Source of the DNA: a virus
Virus record (IMG/VR): IMGVR_UViG_3300045977_000216
Span: 5,638-69,637 of that record
Strand: one strand, 5' to 3'
DNA: 64,000 bases
Each line of letters opens with the position of its first letter. Position 1 is the stretch's first letter. The notes below the pieces were generated by a model. The model saw only the letters and a program-made list of their open reading frames with translations, did not search any database and was not told where the DNA came from. The position numbers and the translations under genes were made by a program. This document shows positions 28,261 through 37,233 of the stretch, one piece after another.

Positions 28261-31200
28261 TCAAGAGCTGAACTTGAAAACACCTCTTCGTATCTGCCTG
28301 TTGAGTCCCTTGCCGATGGACCTGATGGTCTGCTCGGAGGTGCTCCCTCCCTGCACATGGATGGTGATCCCACCGACATTCGTCACCTCGCCACCCTTGG
28401 CAAAGTGCTGCACCCTACCGGAGTTAAGAGCCAGGAGCTGGGACTTGAACTTTTGAGAGACTTCCCTGTTCATAACGATTTCTCCAACGCGGAGCATGGC
28501 CGGTACCGTATCCATTCCCTTCGGCCTGAACATGTTGACCATGCCGCCATGAGCGAACGTCTGAACCGTTCCCCCACCCCCACCACCGCCGACGGCGACC
28601 TGCGGACTAATGACGATGTTGTTGAGCGACAGTAGACTCTCCCTCAGGGATGCGACCTGTGCCTGGGCGCTCGAGAAGAAAGAGTCCATCGTTTGGATGG
28701 ATGCCCCGACGGCCGAACCGACAGTCTGAACGCCCTGCGTCGCCTGATTGTTGAGACCCTGCTGTCCCTGCTGCAGCTGCTCTTGCTGACGCTGCCTGAG
28801 CTCGTCCATGATCTGGAAGTGCTGCAGCTGAGCCTGCCTGAACACCTCGAACTGTTCCCTCGTGAGGATGCCAGTGAGGGGCGTGTTGGTCTTCTGAACG
28901 ACTTCGCCAAACTGTCTGTTGATCCCAGCTATGGCCTCCTGAATCTGGCGGAGCCTGGCCACGTCGTCCGGCTTCGTGAAGTCGACCTTCTTCGACTGGA
29001 GAGCTAGCTGAGTCATCTGGTTCTGGAGCTCCTTGATCTGAGCTCCAACGTCGATCTGCCCAAACTGTCTGCCTCCTTGTTCAAGTCGCTCGCCTTGTTG
29101 TACAGGACGCAGTAACCGGTCCCTCTCAATTCTGAGGTTCTTGATCTCCGTGGTAATAGCCTCGAGCTGCGTCTTGACGCTCTGCGTCGTGCCAGGAGGT
29201 ATGACGCTCGCAGGATCAATGCCAGTGAGCTTGAAAGCGCTCTCCAGCTCCGCCTTAGCTTTCTCGAAGGCTGTGTTAATTTCTGAAATCTTGATGTCGA
29301 AGGCTGCAATATCGCTCGTCTTGATCGTGCCAGCAGAAATAGCAGACTGTAATCTCTGGAGCTCTGAGGTGCTCTGCTTGATCGATGCGGCTAACTGCTG
29401 GAAGCTGACTCTGGCATTCCTTGCCTGGACACCTGGACCCTGAGCACCTATTGCAAGCTCGTTGAACTCCGTCGCAGCTTTGAAGAGAACATCCGGGGCG
29501 AAGTTCTTTGAAAAGTCCTGTGAGCCTAGATTAGCTTTCTTGGCGATGGTTTCAAGAGCCCCCATCCTGTCCACGATGGACACTAAGCTAGCGTCCATTT
29601 CCTGCAGTTGCCTGTTGACCTCCGCCACGTTCTGCTGGACCTGCTTAGTGAAGCTGGCCGCACCCTCGACCAGGGCAGACGAGTCGAGCTGACCCTTGGC
29701 CACGAGCTCGGAGAGCTGGTCCCTGACCAATTGGATCTGGCGAGCGAAGTCCTGCTCCAGCTTGAACCTGAGGTCCACCGACAGACCCTCTGGCAGACTC
29801 TGCCTAATCCTGTCCTGAAGGGTCCTCAGTTGACTGATGGCCTCCTGCGGTGCGTTCTTGAACTCGTCCTTTAGTTTGCCGGCGGGGTCCAGGAGGCTGA
29901 ACTTCTCCAACCTGCTGGTGTCCTGAGCCGTTCTCCTCAGGTTAGCCTCCTGCTCCGCAAGCTCGGCCCTGAGTTGGGCAGCACGCTCCTCCGAGGCCGC
30001 GATGATCGCTTGGTCAGAAGCCAGACGCTCTCTGTTGAGGGTCACGATCCTAGTGATTGCAGAAGCTTCCAGACCGCTGTTGCTGACGGTAGCCCTCGCA
30101 AGTTCATCGGAAGCTTGCTTGACGCTGCCGAGTAGATTAGCCTGTTCCTGCTGCTTCTTAAGCAGCTCTTGCGGTGCGAACTGCCTGCCTACATTCCTCT
30201 GCTGGAACTGAGCGAAGTCAGCCTGAGCTTTGGCGAAGGCGTCGAATTTCTTCCTGAGGTCATCGCTGGTCGCACCGAGGCCCTTGTCCTTCTGCGAGAG
30301 CTTGACCTGCTCGACGATGAGCTTGTTGACGTCCTCGAACATCTTCCTGACGAGGGCGAGATCGTCCTTGATGAAGCCAAGACCCTCAGTGTCGGCCGTG
30401 CCGAGGTCGCTAAGCGACCTTTGAATGATCTCCCTGGCCCTAGTGGTGAGGGCCTGTATCTGACGTTCCATCTCAGCAATCTGACGCTGCGGACTAGCTC
30501 CTGCGAGCGACTCCGAAAAGAGACTCTCTCCGAGATTTCGAAAGTTCTCCTCGAAGTCACCCCTCGCAGACCTGGTGATGGACCTGAGCGTCGTCAAAGA
30601 GCTCCTGATGTCGGCAATCTTCTGCCTGATCGTGTCGAGGAACTCACCGAGGTTGACCTTCAAGTTGTCGATCGTCTCAGCATAGGCCGCGTTCGTGTCC
30701 TCAGCTGCCTGGAGCGTGGCCCTCCTGCCCTCGGCAACGGCCTGGAGCTGAATCTGCTTCTGCCTGTTGAATGCGTTTATCGCCGCCTGAGCTCTGAGAT
30801 TGAGGTTGGCGACTGTCTCCTTCGTCTGATCGGCGAGCTGCTTCCTCAGATTCTCAACCTCAGTAGCCCTCCGCCTCTGCTGGTTCTGCTCGATAGTGTT
30901 GTTAATCCTCTCGAATAACTGCTCGATCGCAAAACCAGCGGTGAATGCATTGGCCAAATTCGAGCCGAGGTTCGGGTCCGAGAGGGCCTGCTTCCAGGTC
31001 TCAGTCTCGATCCTAATGTTCTTAAAATTGGTGAAGAGACTCGTGGTGATCGGGACTATGGCCTGGAGGCCCCTCGTAGCGGGCTCTATGGTGAGGAGCG
31101 AGAGCCTCCATACCAGGAAGGTCTCCGTACCTCCCTTGACGATTTCAAACAGGGCTGTGAGCGGCTCCCTTACGTCGCCGACAGACTTGGACATCGCCAG

Positions 31201-32529
31201 AATGCCGCGGACGACCTGTCCCCCGATCTCGTTAGTAAAGAAGTTAGCGATTTGCTGCTTCAACTGATTGAACTGAAATGCGTCAGTCTGCTCCACGATC
31301 CTGCGAGCATTCTCAAACTCAACCGTGGCCCTGCTCCCTAGAGCAGCGAGGTCCCTGTCGAAGTTCTGGAGCTCCCTGGTGAGGGCCGTGATGCCCTTGA
31401 GACCGCGGATGTTCTCGAAGAGTTGGGCAATGTGCGTGTGGCCCTTCTCCGCCTCCACCGCGAGCTTCTGGAGAACGCCGGCGAGGCCGAATGTCTGGAC
31501 CGCCGTCTCGCCACTCGACACCCCTATGCCATCGAGGAATTTCTTCATAGCCTCTGTCGGCTTGAGCAAGGCTGTGAAGATATTATTGAGGAAGGTAATG
31601 CTCTCGGAGGCCGGAACGCCAGTCCTCGTGATAGTGGAGAGTGCGGCAGCTGTTTCTTCCAAGCTCACGCCAAGCTGAGCCGCGAGCGGACCGACCCTAC
31701 CAAAGGTATTTGCGAGCTCGGACGCCTTGATGCGACCGAGGTCGATGGTCTTGAAGAAGATGGCCGAGATCCTGTCTGAGGACGAGACGTCTAACCCGTA
31801 CGAGTTGATGGCAGAGCTCAGTAGGTTGACAGAGTCGGTCGCCGAGCTGTTCGTCGTGATCGCGAGAGCGAGGGACGACCTCAGGAAGTCCGCGGACTGA
31901 GCTCCCTTGGCGATCTGGTTCGACAGGGTCTCGTAGGCGGCCTGTGCCACGTCGGCCTGTGGCTTACCGAACTCCTCCGACAGACCGGCGAGTTGCTTCG
32001 TCCACGCCTCGGTGGTCTGCTGAGCCGACTGAGAGATCGTCCTGATCTCAGCGACCTTGGTTTGGAAATCAACCGAGGCAATTACAGACTGCTGTATTTC
32101 ATTGGACAGAGCACCGAAGACCTGGTGCAGAATCTGGACCTGGAAGAGCCTGAGTAGACCAGACCAGGTGAGCGTCACTCCGTTGAACCCCTGGATCATC
32201 TGCTGAGCGGTACTCTGCGTCTGCTGAGCGAGCTGCTGCTGTGAGGCACGCAGCGACTTCGTCGCCTCGTTGACTTGCTGAATCTTCTTGATCTGGATGT
32301 TCTGTATGTTCTGCTGTTGCCTGAGGGCGTTGGTAACAGCCTGAACAGCCGCCGGCTGACCCTTGATCGTGGCCTGGTACCCGTTGCTCGTGGTCGTCAA
32401 CCTGCCGATGGTCGCACCGAGGCCGTTGGCGGTAGCCTCGAGCTGCCGCATCACGGCGTCCATCTGCTGTAGTGGACCAGTCACCCCCGCGGTGCTCGCG
32501 GTGAACGACATGGTCTGCTGTAAGGCCAT
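28261..32529 (-). CDS. tail tape measure protein
   Basis: 1422 aa, helical and Ala/Gln-rich, with a TP901-type core. C-terminal AHGG...DTVPAML..GE.V motif. Confidence 0.93.
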   Translation of the reverse strand: MALQQTMSFTASTAGVTGPLQQMDAVMRQLEATANGLGATIGRLTTTSNGYQATIKGQPAAVQAVTNALRQQQNIQNIQIKKIQQVNEATKSLRASQQQLAQQTQSTAQQMIQGFNGVTLTWSGLLRLFQVQILHQVFGALSNEIQQSVIASVDFQTKVAEIRTISQSAQQTTEAWTKQLAGLSEEFGKPQADVAQAAYETLSNQIAKGAQSADFLRSSLALAITTNSSATDSVNLLSSAINSYGLDVSSSDRISAIFFKTIDLGRIKASELANTFGRVGPLAAQLGVSLEETAAALSTITRTGVPASESITFLNNIFTALLKPTEAMKKFLDGIGVSSGETAVQTFGLAGVLQKLAVEAEKGHTHIAQLFENIRGLKGITALTRELQNFDRDLAALGSRATVEFENARRIVEQTDAFQFNQLKQQIANFFTNEIGGQVVRGILAMSKSVGDVREPLTALFEIVKGGTETFLVWRLSLLTIEPATRGLQAIVPITTSLFTNFKNIRIETETWKQALSDPNLGSNLANAFTAGFAIEQLFERINNTIEQNQQRRRATEVENLRKQLADQTKETVANLNLRAQAAINAFNRQKQIQLQAVAEGRRATLQAAEDTNAAYAETIDNLKVNLGEFLDTIRQKIADIRSSLTTLRSITRSARGDFEENFRNLGESLFSESLAGASPQRQIAEMERQIQALTTRAREIIQRSLSDLGTADTEGLGFIKDDLALVRKMFEDVNKLIVEQVKLSQKDKGLGATSDDLRKKFDAFAKAQADFAQFQQRNVGRQFAPQELLKKQQEQANLLGSVKQASDELARATVSNSGLEASAITRIVTLNRERLASDQAIIAASEERAAQLRAELAEQEANLRRTAQDTSRLEKFSLLDPAGKLKDEFKNAPQEAISQLRTLQDRIRQSLPEGLSVDLRFKLEQDFARQIQLVRDQLSELVAKGQLDSSALVEGAASFTKQVQQNVAEVNRQLQEMDASLVSIVDRMGALETIAKKANLGSQDFSKNFAPDVLFKAATEFNELAIGAQGPGVQARNARVSFQQLAASIKQSTSELQRLQSAISAGTIKTSDIAAFDIKISEINTAFEKAKAELESAFKLTGIDPASVIPPGTTQSVKTQLEAITTEIKNLRIERDRLLRPVQQGERLEQGGRQFGQIDVGAQIKELQNQMTQLALQSKKVDFTKPDDVARLRQIQEAIAGINRQFGEVVQKTNTPLTGILTREQFEVFRQAQLQHFQIMDELRQRQQEQLQQGQQGLNNQATQGVQTVGSAVGASIQTMDSFFSSAQAQVASLRESLLSLNNIVISPQVAVGGGGGGGTVQTFAHGGMVNMFRPKGMDTVPAMLRVGEIVMNREVSQKFKSQLLALNSGRVQHFAKGGEVTNVGGITIHVQGGSTSEQTIRSIGKGLNRQIRRGVFKFSS

Positions 32530-32530
32530 G

Positions 32531-33211
32531 CTACTTCACCAGTACCTTCTTTGACGAACTCTTGTTACCTTTGGCGTCGACAGTGATCGTCGTGACCTCC
32601 AGGAACCCCTCGATGGTCGGGTAGCTGTTGATGTCACTCGCCAGCTTGTCCATCGTCCTCATGAACGCCAGGGTTCCCTTCCTGAAGCTTTCCCATGGAG
32701 ACGTAGGAGACCTATGTGCCCTGACGTCCTGCAGCGTGTAGTACGAGATGTCTACATTGTACTGAAAGGTGATAGTCCTTCCCTCACGCCGGATGACCTC
32801 GTTGATCGGAGTAGCAAACCTTACACCAGAGGCCGGAGTCTTGAGAACACGCCTGCCCCTCGACGGATAGTAGTACTCTTTCCTCGCAAAACCGGACGGG
32901 TCTATACCATGAAGCAATAAATCCTGACCGTGTGCTTGTGCGACCAACTCCTGTAGCCTGTTAATGGCACTGAACGGTCCGAGGTCTTTCAACTTCGCCG
33001 TTTCACCGGGCCTCTTGCCTGCAGCCGTCAGCAAGTTGCCTAAGCTGCCGGCCGCGAAACCAGTCCGCTTCGGCACGGCCTTATTCGCCTCAGTCGCGAA
33101 GGCCAACACGGCCCTCCGGACCATGATCATAACCGTACCGTCGATGGCCTGCTCCAGGTCCTCTTCGTCAGTGAAGGTCGGCACCTCGATCTTGCACTGG
33201 ATGAACGGCAT
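32531..33211 (-). CDS. tail-completion-like (HK97 gp10-like) protein
   Basis: Start MPFIQ. VPKRTG...GS resembles the gp10-family PVDTG motif. Confidence 0.45.
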   Translation of the reverse strand: MPFIQCKIEVPTFTDEEDLEQAIDGTVMIMVRRAVLAFATEANKAVPKRTGFAAGSLGNLLTAAGKRPGETAKLKDLGPFSAINRLQELVAQAHGQDLLLHGIDPSGFARKEYYYPSRGRRVLKTPASGVRFATPINEVIRREGRTITFQYNVDISYYTLQDVRAHRSPTSPWESFRKGTLAFMRTMDKLASDINSYPTIEGFLEVTTITVDAKGNKSSSKKVLVK

Positions 33212-33420
33212 CAGAACCACCCCTCGGCTTCTTCGATCTGGCGTATCTGGTCGTAGGCGATCATCTGTGCTTGCGTCCACGCCGAGCACTCGTCCCACTC
33301 CGCTCTCACGAACGGAGGCCTCACGCCGAAGCGCTCGCAGGCCCTGAAGATGGCGTACTCTTCTGTCCGTCCTTTTGGGACGATGATTCGAGTTTGGCCT
33401 GCGATGCTTCGAGTAAAAAA
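33211..33420 (-). other. -1 programmed frameshift extension (gpGT-like chaperone)
   Basis: TTTTTTA at 33420-33414. The -1 frame is open (..TRSIAGQ..RACERFGVRPP..QAQMIAYDQIRQIEEAEGWF*) and its TGA overlaps the next ATG. Confidence 0.75.
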
Positions 33421-33860
33421 CGCTCCCTCGCCTCCTCGATCTTCTTGTCATCGAGAGCGTTCGCCTGCATGACCCCGATCACGATCCTCTTGACCTCGTA
33501 GTCGCTGAAGCCAGAGTCCCTGAGCTCCCTCTCGTAGTTCGTCCAGGTGTTCGGATCGGAGAGGCTGACGGTGTCCCACTCGAGCCCGTCGGTCGCCGCG
33601 AGCGACGCCACGACCATGTACGCCGACCTCCTGTCGGCGTACTCGTCGATGCTCCTCTTGTAGTTCTTGTCGTCCACGTCGAGCTTGATAGTGCCGCCTT
33701 TGCCCATGACTTTCGGAGGCTCTGGGATCGGACAGAGCCTGTGGAACTCCGACAGGTCCAGGACGGCCCTGGCCCTGAAGATGATGTCTCCTCCTTCTCC
33801 CCTCGGGATGGGGATGATCTCGACGTTCGGACCCTTGATCTCGCGACCGTGAATCTTCAT
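33321..33860 (-). CDS. tail assembly chaperone (gpG-like)
   Basis: Lies between the tail tube and tape measure genes and carries a slippery T TTT TTA. Confidence 0.8.
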   Translation of the reverse strand: MKIHGREIKGPNVEIIPIPRGEGGDIIFRARAVLDLSEFHRLCPIPEPPKVMGKGGTIKLDVDDKNYKRSIDEYADRRSAYMVVASLAATDGLEWDTVSLSDPNTWTNYERELRDSGFSDYEVKRIVIGVMQANALDDKKIEEARERFLLEASQAKLESSSQKDGQKSTPSSGPASASA

Positions 33861-33869
33861 AGACTTTCC

Positions 33870-34823
33870 TTACGGGGCACGGGTGATAGATGCTTCCTTC
33901 ACGTTGCACTTGCCGGTCACCGAGACAGTCGCCTGCCTCAGGTCGTGGTCGAGTTGCTCGTGCCGGAAGTCTTGGAGGAGGATGATCTCCTTCTCCTCAC
34001 CGCCACACGGCGGGTCGTACTCGATCTCGATGTCCACTGCGTACGGCTCGCACTCATCGGCGGAGGACGACGTCCAATCGGACGCCTCGCCTCGTTGCTT
34101 GAGCACGTCCTCGATGGTCGGGAACTGACCAGTCGAAGCTCGCAAAAACTCCCAGGTGAAGTCGAGCTTCACCTCGACGGGCTCGTCATCGCCCTCCTTG
34201 ACGGTGTCGAGGACCCCTCTGTCCAGGACGTACTCTATGTTCCGCTTCTCGGAGTAGGTCGCGTTCCCCTCCCCGATCTTGACGTCGATCCTCCTCGCAC
34301 CGACCGTGATAGTGTGGTTGTCGCCAACCACTCCATCGAGGGCCGGAGTGAAGGTGATCTCGGTCGTGGGACCCCCGGACGGCGGGACGGTGGCCGTGAC
34401 GGTGTGCGTGAGTGTGCTCCCCGTCACTGTGAAGGTCTGGTTCTTGAGGATCTTGCCGTCACCATTCACCGTGTCGATCTCCATCGACACGTCGCCGGCG
34501 ATGTAGTACTTGATCGTGATCAGGGCATTGTCGGCCACCGACCCGTCGAGAGCCGGTGTGAAGGTGATCTCGGTCGTGGGACCACCAGACGTCGGAACTT
34601 TCGCCGTGACGGTGTGCGTCAGGGAGCTCCCCGTCACCGTGAAGGTCTGCCCGACCCTGACGATCCCGTCGCCGCTCACCGTGTCGATGGTCATGGTGGT
34701 GGTACCCATCGGGTAGCCAGCACCGTTGTTGACGAGTGCGGTCTTCGGCTTGTTGACGAGGGCCGTGTGAGTGGAGCCGTCGATCAGCCGGACCGTTGCG
34801 TTCCTCAGGTCGATGGCAGCCAT
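33870..34823 (-). CDS. major tail tube protein, paralog with two inserted domains
   Basis: Core nearly identical to 34827-35537. Two Thr/Gly-rich ~70-aa repeats inserted near the N-terminus. Confidence 0.8.
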   Translation of the reverse strand: MAAIDLRNATVRLIDGSTHTALVNKPKTALVNNGAGYPMGTTTMTIDTVSGDGIVRVGQTFTVTGSSLTHTVTAKVPTSGGPTTEITFTPALDGSVADNALITIKYYIAGDVSMEIDTVNGDGKILKNQTFTVTGSTLTHTVTATVPPSGGPTTEITFTPALDGVVGDNHTITVGARRIDVKIGEGNATYSEKRNIEYVLDRGVLDTVKEGDDEPVEVKLDFTWEFLRASTGQFPTIEDVLKQRGEASDWTSSSADECEPYAVDIEIEYDPPCGGEEKEIILLQDFRHEQLDHDLRQATVSVTGKCNVKEASITRAP

Positions 34824-34826
34824 TCG

Positions 34827-35537
34827 CTAACCCCTTGTTACGGTGGCTTCCTTCACGTTGCACTTGCCGGTCACCGAGACAGTCGCCTGCCTCAGGTCGT
34901 GGTCGAGTTGCTCGTGTCGGAAGTCCTGAAGAAGAATCGTCTCAGTCTGCTCCCCGCCGCACGGCGGAATGTACTCAATCTCGATGTCCACTGCGTACGG
35001 CTCGCAGAGGTCATCCGACGAGGAGACCCAATGCGAGGCCTCGCCACGCTTCTTGAGAGCGTCCGAGATCGTGGGAATCTGCCCAGAGCTCGCCCGCAAG
35101 AACTCCCAGGTGAAGTCGAGCTTCACCTCGACGGGCTCGTCATCGCCCTCCTTGACGGTGTCGAGGACCCCTCTGTCCAGGACGTACTCTATGTTCCGCT
35201 TCTCGGAGTAGGTCATGTTCCCCTCCCCGATCTTGACGTCGAGCTCGTGCGGGAGGACGGTGATGATCGCGTTGTCGAGCACGGCTCCGGTCAGACCCGG
35301 CGTGAACGTGATGCTCACGCTCGGGAGAGCGGGAGTATTCGTGATGGTGTGCACGGCCGAACTCCCGACGACCGTGAACTGGTCCCACTTCTTCAGCTGC
35401 TGAGTGGTGTTGCCGTCGATGGCCATTGTTGTGGCACCCATCGCGTAACCACCACCGTTGTTGACCAAGAAGTTGGGACTGATTACGTAACCGTCCTTGA
35501 TGCGAACGGTCGCGTTCCGCAAGTCAATGGCAGCCAT
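34827..35537 (-). CDS. major tail tube protein, paralog with one inserted domain
   Basis: Follows the tail terminator. Shared MAAIDLRNATVR start and KIGEGN...GKCNVKEA core. Confidence 0.8.
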   Translation of the reverse strand: MAAIDLRNATVRIKDGYVISPNFLVNNGGGYAMGATTMAIDGNTTQQLKKWDQFTVVGSSAVHTITNTPALPSVSITFTPGLTGAVLDNAIITVLPHELDVKIGEGNMTYSEKRNIEYVLDRGVLDTVKEGDDEPVEVKLDFTWEFLRASSGQIPTISDALKKRGEASHWVSSSDDLCEPYAVDIEIEYIPPCGGEQTETILLQDFRHEQLDHDLRQATVSVTGKCNVKEATVTRG

Positions 35538-35552
35538 CTTGGGCTCCTCTCG

Positions 35553-36017
35553 TTACACCGTAATCTCCATCTTATAGTGTGCCTCAACAGTTGCCTGAAT
35601 GAGGTTGACCTTCGGGTCAATCTTCCCGAAGTGGGAGATGAATATAGTCTGGTTTTGAGACTGCTTAATAATGAGACACCCGAGGAGGGTGCTGTCGTCA
35701 CCTGGGTTGTCGCCGTACCTGAACACCTCTATAAACCGCTCGAAGGCCGCGGCCACCTTGCCAACGTTCTTGTAGATTCGGTGAGCGTCCTTCTCGTCCG
35801 GTATCGAGCTCACGAGGACATTGATCTCAAGATCAAGTACCCAGAAGCTCCTGCTTTCCTCGTGGGCATACGGGCCGTCGAACCTGACCTCGGCGTAGTC
35901 CTTCTCCTCGTTCGTCTCCCTGAACTGACCCTCTATAAAGAGCGGAAGGTCAGTCACCTTCGTGACGAAGTGCTTGTGCACACTGGCGGCAATCCAACGC
36001 GGCCAACTAGGGTTCAC
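35553..36017 (-). CDS. tail terminator-like protein
   Basis: Size and synteny. Confidence 0.55.
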   Translation of the reverse strand: MNPSWPRWIAASVHKHFVTKVTDLPLFIEGQFRETNEEKDYAEVRFDGPYAHEESRSFWVLDLEINVLVSSIPDEKDAHRIYKNVGKVAAAFERFIEVFRYGDNPGDDSTLLGCLIIKQSQNQTIFISHFGKIDPKVNLIQATVEAHYKMEITV

Positions 36018-36499
36018 TTCACTCCCCCTGCGACGCTCGCAAAATCAAGAATCGAAGTGCAGCGGTTTTGGTAGATGGCGTTCAGGGGTGCACCCTTTAT
36101 CTCGACCGCCGCCACCATGAACGTCGCGAGCTCCTCCAAGAACTCCACCTGCTTTATATCGTACCTCTTGCCCCTGATGCCGAAGTAGTCATCGAGGGTG
36201 AGCTCGATGTCAAGGTCGGCCTTGTCTATAAGTATGACCCTGTTGCTCAGGTCATAGAATCCGCCCACGGTAAAGTTCTTGTTGGCAGAAATAAACGCCA
36301 GGTCGTAGGTGAACGTCCTGACTAAGTTGGTGGGCAGCAAGATGGCTGTGTTGATCCTCCTGACGGTCCTCACCGTCGTCTGCTTTCCAGTCTCGACGTT
36401 GGTCGCAGCGGACTCGATCCTATACACGTCCAGCTTCAGAGGGTACTCCCTCTTCAGTTGGTAGATCGTGTCCTTGACGAACTCAAGTGCCGTGGTCAT
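36014..36499 (-). CDS. head closure / stopper protein
   Basis: Synteny. The ETG..., D.F.I.GKRYDI pattern fits head-closure beta barrels. Confidence 0.55.
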   Translation of the reverse strand: MTTALEFVKDTIYQLKREYPLKLDVYRIESAATNVETGKQTTVRTVRRINTAILLPTNLVRTFTYDLAFISANKNFTVGGFYDLSNRVILIDKADLDIELTLDDYFGIRGKRYDIKQVEFLEELATFMVAAVEIKGAPLNAIYQNRCTSILDFASVAGGVK

Positions 36500-36764
36500 G
36501 GATGAAGTCCCTGATGAGCTTGTCGAGGTCCTCGAACTTCTTGTCGACCTTTATCATGAACTTCTCCATGTCGACCTTGAGGTCGGTGAGCCTCAGGATT
36601 ATGTTCTTGTTCTCAGCCTCCAGCAGGGCCAGCTTCACCTGGATGATCGGAGAATCAGGACTCTTGTCCCTTCTCTCACGCCCTGGTATGATCTTCCAGA
36701 CCACCGCCAGGATCGAAGCTATCACTCCGAGGAGGACCGCTGCAGTTTGCCAATCAAGCATCAT
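36483..36764 (-). CDS. single-TM coiled-coil protein (holin-like)
   Basis: N-terminal TM helix AAVLLGVIASILAVVW, then a heptad coiled coil. Confidence 0.55.
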   Translation of the reverse strand: MMLDWQTAAVLLGVIASILAVVWKIIPGRERRDKSPDSPIIQVKLALLEAENKNIILRLTDLKVDMEKFMIKVDKKFEDLDKLIRDFIHDHGT

Positions 36765-37219
36765 CCCTCCTTCTTGATCTCGTCGAGCTTCTTGATGAAG
36801 GAGTCGATCTTGTTGATCTTCCGCTTCTGCTCGTCCTTCTTTGCCTGTACTCTACCCAGGGCACAGAACAAATTAGACAAGATTGACTCAGATGACTCGA
36901 TCATTCCCTTCGCAAGAAACCCGTCAGCCGAGAGCTTGCCTGCCTCGAAGGCGTTCTGGTACCCGATCCATTCTCCAGTCAGAATGATGACGGGTGTGTC
37001 TCGGTCCAGGTCCCTGAACTTCTTGAGCGTTTCGAGACCACGAGAAGTAGTCAGGTTGAGGTCCAGGACGACGAGGTCGACGTCCTGTTCTCGGAACGCC
37101 TCCTCCAGAGAGGACGCTGTCCTGATCTCAAGATCAGCGATCCTCTCGGAGGTGAGCAGTTCCTTGAGGAGCCTGGTGAACCCCTCGTGGTCCTCAACGA
37201 TCAAAAGCTTCGTCACCAT
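36761..37219 (-). CDS. response-regulator receiver (CheY-like) protein
   Basis: LLIVEDH, DLVVLDLNL (phospho-Asp), PVIILTG and ADGFLAK. All key receiver residues are present. Confidence 0.9.
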   Translation of the reverse strand: MVTKLLIVEDHEGFTRLLKELLTSERIADLEIRTASSLEEAFREQDVDLVVLDLNLTTSRGLETLKKFRDLDRDTPVIILTGEWIGYQNAFEAGKLSADGFLAKGMIESSESILSNLFCALGRVQAKKDEQKRKINKIDSFIKKLDEIKKEG

Positions 37220-37233
37220 CGAAGCACCTCCGG

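Noticed and set aside
33892-35214. Diversity-generating retroelement template/variable repeat pair
   Set aside because: Both copies are in intact paralogous genes, differences are not adenine-specific, and there is no reverse transcriptase in the window.
33741-36074. Long + strand ORFs (777 aa here; also 6510-8126, 16175-17401 and 2173-3375)
   Set aside because: They are antisense shadows of well-supported minus-strand genes, expected from high GC3 codon bias, and have no motifs.
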